A stretch of DNA of 63,841 nucleotides, filler included, from an uncultured Methanosarcinales archaeon (GTDB lineage: Archaea; Nanobdellota; Nanobdellia; Woesearchaeales; CAYSVS01): the NCBI GenBank assembly GCA_964434475.1. It is 3 parts of 3 records of this genome, joined end to end, with 100 filler letters (N's around TTAATTAATTAA, not from the genome) between each part and the next. Parts side by side here need not be neighbours in the genome. Positions count along the whole stretch, not along the records: positions 1 to 30,792 come from CAYSVS010000011.1; 2 more parts are not named here. One strand, written 5' to 3'. Shown piece after piece: positions 9,469 to 19,709 of the stretch (position 1 is its first letter; the number at the start of each line of letters is the position of its first letter). The notes under the pieces were generated by a model. The model was not told the origin of the DNA. It worked only from the letters and a program-made list of their open reading frames with translations, and ran no database searches. Both the position numbers and the translations under genes were made by a program.

Positions 9469-9900
9469 ATGAAAATTTTATTTATTTGCTTTTTATTGAG
9501 TTTATTCTTTTTGTCATGTGATAAACCTTTAGATGATGAAAGTTTTATTTTTCCTGAAACTGAAAACATTAATTTTGATATTGATACTATTTTTGTTAAT
9601 CAAAATTATTCTATTGATACTTTTTGTTTAAATACTTATGTTTCCGATACTTTAATAAAATTATTTTCTTTCACCATTACAGATGAAAATGATTATTTGA
9701 TTTATAAAAGATTAAATTATTTTGATTCTTTTGAAAAATTAGAAAATTTTAATTTTATTATTGATGAAAACGAATACCAATCTTATTTAAAACTCAATAA
9801 TTCAGAATTATTATTTATTCAAATACGATTAAGTAATAATTATTATGAAGATGAATATTATATTAATTATTTAAATTCAACCCTACCTATTTCCTTATAA
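9469..9900 (+). CDS. Lipoprotein
   Basis: Signal peptide with lipobox FLS-C followed by DKPLDDE. Confidence 0.6.
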   Translation: MKILFICFLLSLFFLSCDKPLDDESFIFPETENINFDIDTIFVNQNYSIDTFCLNTYVSDTLIKLFSFTITDENDYLIYKRLNYFDSFEKLENFNFIIDENEYQSYLKLNNSELLFIQIRLSNNYYEDEYYINYLNSTLPISL

Positions 9901-10051
9901 TTTTTTAAACTCTTTTGTATTAAAATAAATATTGATTTTTGTTTGACATTAATTTTGATGCAAAGGTAACTAACCTGTTTAAAATGAATAATCTTATTTT
10001 TATTTTTCAATTTAAAATCAAATTTTTATGAACTTTAAAAACAATTTAATT

Positions 10052-10825
10052 ATGAAAACGTTAAACTTTATTTTTATCGCAATTTTATCACTTGCTTTTT
10101 TTGCCTGTGAAGAAAACAATGAAAACTACAATTCTTTTAATTCTGCAATTATAAATCCAGAATTAAATTTAATTGAATCTGACTCTACTTATTCTGTTAA
10201 TGATCTGCTTCATTCAAATTCTGAATTAGATATTAACACTTTCAATAAAATTATTATTTACCTGGTTGATAATAATTCTAATGAACGTTTTTATTTAAGC
10301 CATTTATTTGATGCTGATGAACAAATATTAAATTATTCATTTAACATTGAAAATAACGATCTTCTTGAAAAGAAAATTTTTCCTACTAGTATTTATATTG
10401 AAATATTAAATAATAATGATATAACAATCCTTTCAGGATTAATTTCTTTTAAATATCAAGGTGATTATTTAAATGATTTTATTGATTATTATTATAATGA
10501 TTATCCGGTAAATGTTAATTTTCCTGTTTCAGAAATAATTGTTGATGAAGTTTATAATCTTAATGATTATAAAGATTCACTTAATTTTAATAAACCAGTT
10601 TCATTTATTGTTATTAATCTTTATGATTCTGATATGAATAAACTAAATAGTGATATTGAATATTTTAATGATTCATATCAATTTCCTTTTATGCAATTTG
10701 GAATTAATTATAAAACCTACGAAGAATTTAATCCCGCTTTTTATGAATTATTATTTGTTCATTCAATTGATCGTTTTCAGGAATTTATTTTATTAAGCAA
10801 AGTAACTTTGCCTGTTTCTGAATAA
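10052..10825 (+). CDS. Lipoprotein
   Basis: MKTLNFIFIAILSLAFFA-C-EENNE lipobox with acidic residues after the Cys. Confidence 0.65.
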   Translation: MKTLNFIFIAILSLAFFACEENNENYNSFNSAIINPELNLIESDSTYSVNDLLHSNSELDINTFNKIIIYLVDNNSNERFYLSHLFDADEQILNYSFNIENNDLLEKKIFPTSIYIEILNNNDITILSGLISFKYQGDYLNDFIDYYYNDYPVNVNFPVSEIIVDEVYNLNDYKDSLNFNKPVSFIVINLYDSDMNKLNSDIEYFNDSYQFPFMQFGINYKTYEEFNPAFYELLFVHSIDRFQEFILLSKVTLPVSE

Positions 10826-11086
10826 AAACAAAATCCCTGCCTTAAAGGCAGGGAATATTCCATCTTATCACAATTAATAATTACTCCCTTTTGGTACGAT
10901 TAATAACTAAAATTATATTTCAATTCCATCGGGAGTAATTATTTACAATGTTAAATCAACTTGAAAAATTAAAAGAAAAAATAGAAAATAAAATTGAAGA
11001 AAGAGAATTTGATTTTACTATTGAAAGTTTAAATACTTTTTTAGATTAATTTATTTTTTTAATATAACTTTTAAAAAATTTATACC

Positions 11087-11302
11087 ATGAAAACAAAAGC
11101 AAAAAAAATTAAAACCCCTTTAGGTTTTTTTCCGGCTCCACTTAGTCCAGGATTCAAAAAACAAATTGAATCTTTTACCACAAATGAAGAATTATTTGCA
11201 ATTGTTGAACATAACGGATTTATAAACCCTGATGCTTTTAACGAAGTTCTTGCCAGGGATTTATATCCTGAATACATTAAATATAAAGAAAATGATACTT
11301 AA
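11087..11302 (+). CDS. Hypothetical protein
   Basis: 71 aa ORF in co-oriented operon. Confidence 0.55.
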   Translation: MKTKAKKIKTPLGFFPAPLSPGFKKQIESFTTNEELFAIVEHNGFINPDAFNEVLARDLYPEYIKYKENDT

Positions 11303-11594
11303 TGAATTTCAATATAATAATTTAGATGATGCCTTAAAAATGGCTGAAAATCTAAAAGACAATAATAATTATGTTGCTATAATTGAAAGCAACGATTATT
11401 ATGGAAAACTAACTCAATCAAACATTGTTTACGGAAAACAAATTTTTTAATCAAAAACTTTCTGTTATGAGCTTTTTTACAATTATGATTTACGTTATAA
11501 GCATTGCAATTTCAATTAAAGTTATTCAAATAGCTTATAAAATCGGATTATTTATTTTCCGGATCCTTCAAAATATTTATTATTCTTTAAAAAA

Positions 11595-12227
11595 ATGAAA
11601 ACTTTACTATCCTTGTTTGATTATTCGGGTAATTGGTCTTTGCCATACGCCGAAGCAGGATGGAATATTATTCTTTGGGATATAAAACATTCCTGTGATC
11701 TATTTAATACCTTTTCAAATATAGAAAATGCTTGCGCTGACTATTTTTATGAACATATTTTTGATAATTATGGTACTGTTGATGGTATTTTAGCCGCCCC
11801 ACCTTGTACCGATTTTGCATCTTCTGGAGCTCGTTGGTAGAAAGATAAAGATAAAAACGGTTCAACCGCCCAAAGTATTGAATTAGTTTATCAAGTACTA
11901 CGTATTGTTGATTTATGCATGCCCGATTTTTGGGTTTTAGAAAATCCTGTTGGCCGTTTACATAAATTAGTACCCGAATTAGGCAAGCCTGAATTTTTTC
12001 AACCTTATTGGTATGGTGATGCATATACTAAAAAAACAGGTTTATATGGTGATTTTAACTTTCCTGAAAAAACTTACATTGTTGAACCTAAAATTTATAT
12101 TGATAAAAATGGTAAACGTGGCTCCTATTATTGGTATAAACTTGGTGGAAAAAGTGAAAAAACCAAAGAACTAAGAAGTATTACTCCGCTTGGTTTTGCC
12201 GAAGCTTTTTATATGGCCAATCATTAA
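11595..12227 (+). pseudogene. Orphan C5-cytosine DNA methyltransferase with in-frame TAG
   Basis: LSLFDYSG (motif I), AAPPCTDF (IV), WVLENPVG (VI); the two ORFs share a frame and are separated only by TAG at 11838-11840. Confidence 0.8.
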
Positions 12228-12264
12228 ACTTTTAATTCTTTTAATCCTTTATAATTTATCGCTT

Positions 12265-12543
12265 ATGCAAGAAATAAAACTTCTACCAATTGGAAAATCA
12301 GAAATTATTGTCTATAATCTTAATGAACTTTTTGATTTATTTATTGATTCATCTTTTTACTCTGACGATCTTCAAAATGATAAAACTCAATTTATAAAAT
12401 CTTTTTTTGCATTTATTAATTTTCATTTAAATTGTATCGTTTATACACGTTTTGACAGAAAATTTGAAATTGAATTTTTTGAATATTTTAACCTTTATTA
12501 TCATGAAAAATATTCCAAACACAATAACAAGAAAGAAAGCTAA
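12265..12543 (+). CDS. Hypothetical protein
   Basis: Start MQEIKLL preceded by the plasmid's recurring AATTTATCG motif. Confidence 0.5.
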   Translation: MQEIKLLPIGKSEIIVYNLNELFDLFIDSSFYSDDLQNDKTQFIKSFFAFINFHLNCIVYTRFDRKFEIEFFEYFNLYYHEKYSKHNNKKES

Positions 12544-12954
12544 AATTATAATAAAAAAAGCTACGGCACATCAAATTGATGGCTCTAAATTATTGAGAAC
12601 CGATGTTATGCCTTTACCCGATAATGTTAAAAAAATTCGATTCAGATATTTTGATAAATTTGTGAAAGGTAAATTTTTTTGGACTAAATGGTTTAATATT
12701 GAATAAATATGAAAAACAGTATATTTTATGAAATTATTATCCTGGGAGATAATAAACGAATATTTACAACCAATAAAAGCAAAGCGTATTATAATATTTA
12801 TGTACCTTTTTGCAAAGATCATAATTTACAGCCTTATGGTAAAACTAAATTTTCAACAGACATTAAAATAAAATCATTTTTACATCATCAATTTTTAATT
12901 CGAAAAATACCATTCAATCAATTTATTTTTTATTAATTTAAAACTATAATAATC

Positions 12955-13260
12955 ATGAATACTAATTTATTTACTCCAAAATACATTTCAAAAAAGTTTA
13001 AAACACAAAAAGAATTTTATAATTGGCTTAATAACACTACAAGTAAAATAATTACTTTCAAAAATTTAAACCAGGACTTAACTCAAATGTGGATTGCTGC
13101 CAATGGTGAAATATTACATTGTGATTTTCAATCATCTATTTATAATGGAAATTTTATTAATTTAAATAATCTTTCCATATTAAAACCATTAGAAATTTTT
13201 AAAAACGGAAAATGGAGAATGTTAAACGGACTTATAATTGAAAATATTTTAGAAATCTAA
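12955..13260 (+). CDS. Hypothetical protein
   Basis: 101 aa ORF in co-oriented operon. Confidence 0.55.
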   Translation: MNTNLFTPKYISKKFKTQKEFYNWLNNTTSKIITFKNLNQDLTQMWIAANGEILHCDFQSSIYNGNFINLNNLSILKPLEIFKNGKWRMLNGLIIENILEI

Positions 13261-13274
13261 ATTATCAAATAATA

Positions 13275-13478
13275 ATGACCAAAATCAAAACAACAAAATA
13301 CGGAATAATTCATGCATATGCACAATGTGATATATGTAATTGGGATTCTGCATTAAATATTAATGATAAAAACAGAATGCAGAATCTAAGAAACAAAATT
13401 TATGCACATATAAAAAAAACACGCCATTCGGTAACACTTGAAACAGGAAATTCTACTGCTTACGAATTTGAATATTAA
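13275..13478 (+). CDS. Small C2H2-like zinc-finger protein
   Basis: CDIC...HIKKTRH. Confidence 0.5.
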   Translation: MTKIKTTKYGIIHAYAQCDICNWDSALNINDKNRMQNLRNKIYAHIKKTRHSVTLETGNSTAYEFEY

Positions 13479-13493
13479 ACATTAAATATAAAA

Positions 13494-13613
13494 ATGGATA
13501 ATTACGAACGGAACCTGGGTAAATTTCATCTTAAAATGATAATGGTCGGATTAATTGTCCTGGCTATTATCATACTTTTAGATTTACTTGGAGTTATTTC
13601 AATACCAAAATAA
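13494..13613 (+). CDS. 39-aa membrane peptide
   Basis: MDNYERNLGKFHLKMIMVGLIVLAIIILLDLLGVISIPK; ends at the terminator. Confidence 0.45.
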   Translation: MDNYERNLGKFHLKMIMVGLIVLAIIILLDLLGVISIPK

Positions 13614-13639
13614 AAAAGCGGCTAAAAGCCGCTTTTTTT
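13612..13639. terminator. Bidirectional terminator
   Basis: A6-GCGGCT-AA-AAGCCGC-T7 between convergent operons. Confidence 0.75.
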
Positions 13640-13641
13640 GT

Positions 13642-14121
13642 TTAAAACAATTCAGTATTTTTCTTTAATATTAATTTTTTTATTTCCTGTTGATGCTCAT
13701 TAATAAATGTATCTAAAACATTAATCATAAAATTTAATTGACTAATGCCAGCAGCATGAGCAATGGCTTTAGTTTTTTTATTCAAAGTACTGGGAACAGC
13801 CATTGATGTAATTGCTTCGTTATCATACAAATCATTTTTTTTCAAATATTGCTCAAAATCAGACTTACTCCTTTTTGTTTGTTCAGAAGTTTCTTTTTTA
13901 CTTTCCTTTTTTACTTCCTGATTTTCATTATTTTTTTCTCCTTTTCGGCTTTGTTCATTTTCTATATTTTCACGTTGAGTTTCTTCCGGCTCTTTTTTTA
14001 TTTCTTCTTTTTCTTCCGACTTTTCAATTGGATTTTTCAAATTATGAATATCCTTTAATACATTAGCCACGTTTGTTTTTGGCTTTGTATTGGCTCTGCT
14101 TTTTGTTTTTTTTGTTGTCAT
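13642..14121 (-). CDS. ParA partner, DUF3408/RHH-like centromere-binding protein
   Basis: Directly downstream of parA; charged disordered N-terminus, C-terminal ribbon-helix-helix-like segment. Confidence 0.6.
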   Translation of the reverse strand: MTTKKTKSRANTKPKTNVANVLKDIHNLKNPIEKSEEKEEIKKEPEETQRENIENEQSRKGEKNNENQEVKKESKKETSEQTKRSKSDFEQYLKKNDLYDNEAITSMAVPSTLNKKTKAIAHAAGISQLNFMINVLDTFINEHQQEIKKLILKKNTELF

Positions 14122-14124
14122 ATC

Positions 14125-14868
14125 TTAATAATTTTCGGTTTTTATTATCTTAACAATTTCTTTACATAATTGAGTTAATTTTTGTTGATTTTTTTTGTTT
14201 TGATGTTTTAATGGTTTTAATGTAGAAAATTCATCCTGATATGTTTTTCGTGAGTATGTAGTAAAACCATATAAAAAATTAACAGGATATTCATTTTTTA
14301 TTTCCTGAAATTCTTTAAATTGATTTGTATTAGAATCTATTGCATGCAAATACGCATGTATAGTATGCTCAATATTATATTTATCCTTAATAGGAATAAT
14401 TTTTTGAACATAATAAGAATAAAACTTAACAAAACTTTTTAAATCTAAAGAACTTAATCCAGTAGGTATAAATAAATGATTTACAAGTGCATATAATTCT
14501 AACACTCCTTTTTGATCAATAGTACCAGGTAAATCAATAAAAATAAAATCTACATTGCCTTTTAAAGCATCAAGATTCATTATTATTTCATCTACAACCA
14601 TTTTTGGTACTATCTTTTCAATATCTTCCTTATTATCAAAAGGATTTTGAACCCCTATAATTTCAAAAGGATTTATATCCCCGGGATTATTATCCATTTC
14701 ATCATTTCGTATATCTGATAACGAACTTTGATGATCAATATCAATAACACAACATGAATAATTTGTAAAATGATGAATATAATTTGCCACCATAGCTGTA
14801 TCAGTTGTTTTACCAATACCACCTTTTAAACTTGCAATTGAGACGATTTTTGTTTCCTTTAGTTTCAT
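14125..14868 (-). CDS. parA: ParA family partition ATPase
   Basis: Deviant Walker A KGGIGKTT, VIDIDHQ, FIFIDLPG. Confidence 0.9.
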   Translation of the reverse strand: MKLKETKIVSIASLKGGIGKTTDTAMVANYIHHFTNYSCCVIDIDHQSSLSDIRNDEMDNNPGDINPFEIIGVQNPFDNKEDIEKIVPKMVVDEIIMNLDALKGNVDFIFIDLPGTIDQKGVLELYALVNHLFIPTGLSSLDLKSFVKFYSYYVQKIIPIKDKYNIEHTIHAYLHAIDSNTNQFKEFQEIKNEYPVNFLYGFTTYSRKTYQDEFSTLKPLKHQNKKNQQKLTQLCKEIVKIIKTENY

Positions 14869-15080
14869 AAATTTAAAATTTTAGTTATTAATCAATTTAT
14901 TTTATTATAATATTATTTTCTTAATTTTTTATAAATTCTTTTTAATATTTTAAAAGTTATAATATTTATTTATTATTCAAATATATATAATATTTATTAT
15001 ATATCAATTTTATTGTATAAATATTTATTTTCTTATTTATTTCTATATAAATAATATTATTTATTTATAAATTTTATTTT

Positions 15081-15138
15081 TTCTATATTTCTATATTCCT
15101 ATATTTCTATATTCCTATATTTCTATATTTCTATATTT
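15081..15138. repeat. Short tandem repeats upstream of parA, possible centromere
   Basis: About six to seven 8-9 bp units of (T/C)CTATATT. Confidence 0.5.
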
Positions 15139-15382
15139 TATTACTTCTATATGCTTATATTTTCATTTTTTTATATAAATCATATCGTAGCGTAAGCGGA
15201 GATACCTTATTCCTTTAAATAATTTATCGCATAAATCACGTAGCGCAAGCGGAGTGTAATATAATTTCCATTATATATTTATTAGTCATTGATTATGAAA
15301 GAAAAAGGAAAACAAATACAAAATTTTTATAATTTAAAAAATCTTATATATTTGCAATAAAAGAAAGCTATAACAATTTTGT

Positions 15383-15445
15383 GCAAGGTGTGTTTTCGCT
15401 CCCGCAAAAGTTTACACTTTTGCTCACACGAAAACATCCTTGCCC
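15383..15445. other. Origin of transfer (oriT), MOBP-like
   Basis: Nested inverted repeats GCAAGG..TGTTTTCG / CGAAAACA.CCTTGC and GCAAAAGT/ACTTTTGC; CATCCTTGC resembles the RP4-type nick region; directly upstream of mobC. Confidence 0.7.
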
Positions 15446-15498
15446 TTCGCAAGCTCAGGGTGGATTGCTCCCTGTGGTCGCAATGAAAAAAAAGAAAA

Positions 15499-15858
15499 AT
15501 GACAAAAAGAAAGAAAGAAGGAAACAGAGATAAGTCTTATAAAAAAGAAGATGAATTATTAATTTATGAAATTAATATTCGTTATTCAAAAAAACAATTA
15601 GAACAATTACATCAAATGCGACAAACAATTCCATTGAGAACATTTATACGCAAACAAAGTTTAAAAGGAAGAATTGTTAAAATAGAAAGAACGCAATTAG
15701 AAAAAGAATTAATTTCTCAATTAAGAAGAATAGGAATAAATTTAAATCAAATTACAAAACAAATTCATATTTTTAAAGCAAATTCTCAATTTGAAACCCA
15801 TTTAATTGAAATAGAATCTTATATTGAAGAATTGAAAAAAATATTAAAAAAAATATGA
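15499..15858 (+). CDS. mobC: Relaxosome accessory protein MobC
   Basis: QLRRIGINLNQI motif; overlaps relaxase start. Confidence 0.85.
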   Translation: MTKRKKEGNRDKSYKKEDELLIYEINIRYSKKQLEQLHQMRQTIPLRTFIRKQSLKGRIVKIERTQLEKELISQLRRIGINLNQITKQIHIFKANSQFETHLIEIESYIEELKKILKKI

Positions 15859-17255
15859 TAGCAGAAATTAGTCAAATTGATAATTCTTTTACCGGCTCTG
15901 TATATTATAATGAAAAAAAAATTAATAACACATCTATTATTCGTTTTCAGGATAATACTTTTATTGAAAATCAAAACGCAAAAGAATATATTAAATTTTT
16001 TGATGAACACATTTCCAGTAATAGTAATATTCAAAAAAATGTTGGAATGCATATTTCATTAAATTTAACACAAGGAGAATATTTATCAGATGAACAATTT
16101 AAAAATTTAATATATGATTATTTATATGGTATGAATTGGGATAATTCTCCTTATTTAGCATATAAACATAGTGATAAAGAACATTCACATATTCATATTA
16201 TTTTATCTATGGTAAATTGGGATGGAAATAAATTAAATGATTCTTATTATAAATTACGTTCCCAAAAATTATCCAGGAAGCTTGAACAAAAATACAACCT
16301 TAAAATTACATCATACGATCTTTCTGAAAAAGCTAAATTAAATCTTAAAGAATTAAATTTTCGTAAATACTATATTGATAAAGCTATAAAAAAAGCATTC
16401 CGGGATCATGCTGCCAAAGATTTTATTAAAGATTATTTTAAACCCGAAGAATTAAAAAATATTCGATACAATTCTATTACAAATTTAGAATATGAAAAGA
16501 TTTTAGGAAATAATTATGATCATGTTTTATCATTTTTACATCAAAGAAAATATTTTAATTCCATGCTTAAAGATGAATTAAAAAATAAATTAGTTAATAT
16601 ATATAATCAATCGTCAGATATTAATAATTTTTTTGACAACCTTACATCAAATGATATTTATTTTCGTAAAGTTTTTATAAAAGGTAGTCCACGATTTATT
16701 TATGGTCTTAAAGATGATAATTTTTATATTGATGATCGTTCACTTAATAAAGAATTTAAATATGATTATATTACCAATAATAATAATTTGCAATTAAATA
16801 AATTACAATATCATTCAGATGATGATAAAATGACTTTTATACGTAAAAATTTATATTTTTCTGTCCGCAATTCTCCTACATTATCAGTTTTAATTTTTAA
16901 TTTACAACAAAAAGGAATTGAAACCATTTGTTATCAAAATTCAAATGGTATTTATGGTTTATCTTTTAAAATAATGAATGATTCTGACAATTCTGTTTTT
17001 AAAGCAAGTGATATAAGTAAAAATTTATCCTATAATCATATTAAAGAAAACCTACAATTTAATTTTGAAAAATCATCAATTACAGAATTGAAGAATAACT
17101 ATAATCATGTTCCGAATATGGATTATTCAAAACCTATTCCAACATATATTAATAATATACCACCCACATATTCGGGACCTGATCGAGACGAACTTGATAT
17201 TAAAAGGAAAAAGAAAAAAAGAAGAAAAAGAGATAACGATAATATGAACAGATAA
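15855..17255 (+). CDS. Relaxase (MobA/VirD2-like, MOBP)
   Basis: N-terminal YYNEKK, HISLNL and HUH motif HSDKEHSHIHII. Confidence 0.9.
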   Translation: MIAEISQIDNSFTGSVYYNEKKINNTSIIRFQDNTFIENQNAKEYIKFFDEHISSNSNIQKNVGMHISLNLTQGEYLSDEQFKNLIYDYLYGMNWDNSPYLAYKHSDKEHSHIHIILSMVNWDGNKLNDSYYKLRSQKLSRKLEQKYNLKITSYDLSEKAKLNLKELNFRKYYIDKAIKKAFRDHAAKDFIKDYFKPEELKNIRYNSITNLEYEKILGNNYDHVLSFLHQRKYFNSMLKDELKNKLVNIYNQSSDINNFFDNLTSNDIYFRKVFIKGSPRFIYGLKDDNFYIDDRSLNKEFKYDYITNNNNLQLNKLQYHSDDDKMTFIRKNLYFSVRNSPTLSVLIFNLQQKGIETICYQNSNGIYGLSFKIMNDSDNSVFKASDISKNLSYNHIKENLQFNFEKSSITELKNNYNHVPNMDYSKPIPTYINNIPPTYSGPDRDELDIKRKKKKRRKRDNDNMNR

Positions 17256-17734
17256 TGAAAAATATTATTAAAGCAATCGAGACCAGAGCTAAAGAATTAA
17301 ATTTAACTAAAGAAGATTTAGCGATGTATATAGGCATCAGTAGGCCTGGCCTTTTTGCAGCTTTTTATAGAAATGAAAGTCTAAGAGTCAAAGATTTGTT
17401 GACATTAATAGAAAAATTAGATTTAGACCCTATTGATTTATTTCAACAAGAATTAGATTCAAATAAAAATAAAGACAGAAGAATTGATATTGATTCTTTA
17501 AAATATTTACATACTATTGCTAAATTAAAAAATATTGATTCATTACAATTAAAAACAATTCTTAATCCCAACAATAAAAAAAAAAAATTAAACTTAAATG
17601 ATATTTCGTATTTCAATTTATTAGGATTTTGTACTTATTATGATATACCCATTGATCTTTTTTTAAAAAAACAATATAAAAATCAACTTAAAGACATTGA
17701 TATTAAAGATTATATTAAAAATATTAATAATTAA
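17255..17734 (+). CDS. XRE-like HTH protein
   Basis: LTKEDLAMYIGISRPGL. Confidence 0.65.
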   Translation: MKNIIKAIETRAKELNLTKEDLAMYIGISRPGLFAAFYRNESLRVKDLLTLIEKLDLDPIDLFQQELDSNKNKDRRIDIDSLKYLHTIAKLKNIDSLQLKTILNPNNKKKKLNLNDISYFNLLGFCTYYDIPIDLFLKKQYKNQLKDIDIKDYIKNINN

Positions 17735-17746
17735 ATTACAATCAAC

Positions 17747-19690
17747 ATGGAATCACAAAAAAAATATCATTTAAACGACGTTTTAACAATACTTATTAGT
17801 CTTTTTATAATGGTAATCATTTTTGATTTTTTACTCTATACAGGCATCATAAATCCCTTTTTAAATGATATTTTAACTGAAATATCACTAACTTTTAAAA
17901 ATCATGTTCATCAAGAAATAATATTTATTCGTGGTTTATATGTTTTTGTTTTAATCCTGGGTGTTTTATTAATTGAAAGAATTGATATAAGTTCAAAATT
18001 ATCATTATCAAAAAAAAGAGTTTTTCAATTTTTATTTGTAATAATAACTCCATTATTTATTTATGGATATACCGGTTTTTATTATTACGATATTTATCTA
18101 TATCCTTCAATTTTTGTTTCACATATTTTTATTACAACAATTGCCATTTCTCCATTTAAAAATGAATTTAAAAATGAAGATATTTTTGGCGTAAGTAATT
18201 TAAAAAATAAATATCAATTTGTTTTTAAATTAAAAAATAACAAAACCCTGACTTTTCATAATATATTTAGTCATTTTTGGATTGAAGGTGGAACCGGTTC
18301 CGGTAAATCAGATACTTTTTTAAAATTTATGATTAAACAATCGTATGATATGAACCTGGCAGGAGTAATTTACGATTTAGAAGGTAATCCACGCCATGCC
18401 GATTCTCCTATTCTTGGAAGAATAGCATATAAATATTATAAAAACAATAATAATAAAACAGTAAAAAATAATCATTCATTTTTTCATAAATTATTTTTCA
18501 AGAAAAAAGAAAAACCTGTTAAGTTTGCTTTTTTAAATTTTGGCGACCCTACCCGGTCAGTACGTATTAATCCTTTAGCACCACGATATGTTGAAAAAGA
18601 TTCTGATGTTGCTGCTGTTATTAATGGTTTTATGGAAACCCTTTTAAATAAATCGAATAAAAAAGGTGGTCAGAACGATTTTTGGGATAAATATGGCGTT
18701 TCTTATGTTCGAAGTATTGCTTTAAGACTTTATTATTCATATCCACAATATTTAACCCTTCCTCATATAATTTGTTTGGCCACTTATCCTGATGATAAAA
18801 AAATGTTTACCTGGCTTGAACATGATAGAAGAGTACATCAAGATATGGCATCTTTATTAAGTGCTTATAAAGGTGGAGCAAATTCTACTTTGGCAAGTGC
18901 AAAAGTTTCCGGTCAGGTACCTTTATCTGATATGAGTACAGCCGAAGCATTTTGGGTTTTATCCAAAGATGATTTTGATTTAAATGTTACAAATCCTGAA
19001 AACCCATATATTTTAGTTGTTGGTAACGACCCGGATATGTATCGAAGAAAACTTTTTGCCCCGGCAATTAGTGTAATATTTAAAACAATTATGACTAAAA
19101 TGCACCGATCTAAAAACCATCCAGGTATATTTCATTTTGATGAATTTCCATCGGTTAAAGTTTTAAATATTGATCAATTTATGAGTGAAATACGTAAAAA
19201 GAAAATATGCGTAATATTGGGATTACAAGGATATGAACAAGCTAAAGATAATTATGGTGATGAAACTGCTAAAAATATGAAAACTAATTCAAATAATAGA
19301 GCAATTGGAAGAACCGGAAGTGAAGCTACAATAAAATTTGTAATGGATATGCTTGGAGATAAAGAAATGAAAAGCACATCACATACTACAAGTGTTGACA
19401 GCAAAAGTATTAATGAATCTGTAAAAAGAGAAAAAGTTTTACAACCACGATTAATTTCAGCACAAGCTACCGGTCATTTCCTTGGCTGGGTAGCTGATGG
19501 TAAGCCACCATATTTTTTTACTCAATTTAAAAGAGCTAATTTTGAAGGAGAAGCTATACCACAATTTTCAAATTATATTACAACAAAAGATGAAGATATG
19601 AATTATAAAATAATGAATAACTTAGCAGAACATAATAAAAAACGAATTTTAGATGAAGCATATAGTATAATAGAAGATTTTTTTAATTAA
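17747..19690 (+). CDS. Type IV coupling protein (VirD4/TraG-like)
   Basis: N-terminal TM helices, Walker A GGTGSGKS, INPL, Walker B FDEFPS, LGLQGYEQ. Confidence 0.9.
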   Translation: MESQKKYHLNDVLTILISLFIMVIIFDFLLYTGIINPFLNDILTEISLTFKNHVHQEIIFIRGLYVFVLILGVLLIERIDISSKLSLSKKRVFQFLFVIITPLFIYGYTGFYYYDIYLYPSIFVSHIFITTIAISPFKNEFKNEDIFGVSNLKNKYQFVFKLKNNKTLTFHNIFSHFWIEGGTGSGKSDTFLKFMIKQSYDMNLAGVIYDLEGNPRHADSPILGRIAYKYYKNNNNKTVKNNHSFFHKLFFKKKEKPVKFAFLNFGDPTRSVRINPLAPRYVEKDSDVAAVINGFMETLLNKSNKKGGQNDFWDKYGVSYVRSIALRLYYSYPQYLTLPHIICLATYPDDKKMFTWLEHDRRVHQDMASLLSAYKGGANSTLASAKVSGQVPLSDMSTAEAFWVLSKDDFDLNVTNPENPYILVVGNDPDMYRRKLFAPAISVIFKTIMTKMHRSKNHPGIFHFDEFPSVKVLNIDQFMSEIRKKKICVILGLQGYEQAKDNYGDETAKNMKTNSNNRAIGRTGSEATIKFVMDMLGDKEMKSTSHTTSVDSKSINESVKREKVLQPRLISAQATGHFLGWVADGKPPYFFTQFKRANFEGEAIPQFSNYITTKDEDMNYKIMNNLAEHNKKRILDEAYSIIEDFFN

Positions 19691-19709
19691 CCTTTTAAAA
19701 TTTATCGCA

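Noticed and set aside
10834..10854. TCCCTGCCTTAAAGGCAGGGA palindrome as an IS200/IS605 end
   Set aside because: No tnpA/tnpB or second end nearby; it follows a stop codon and may be a simple hairpin/terminator
11838..11840. Alternative genetic code (TAG recoding)
   Set aside because: Long plasmid genes are intact under code 11 and ardC ends in TAG
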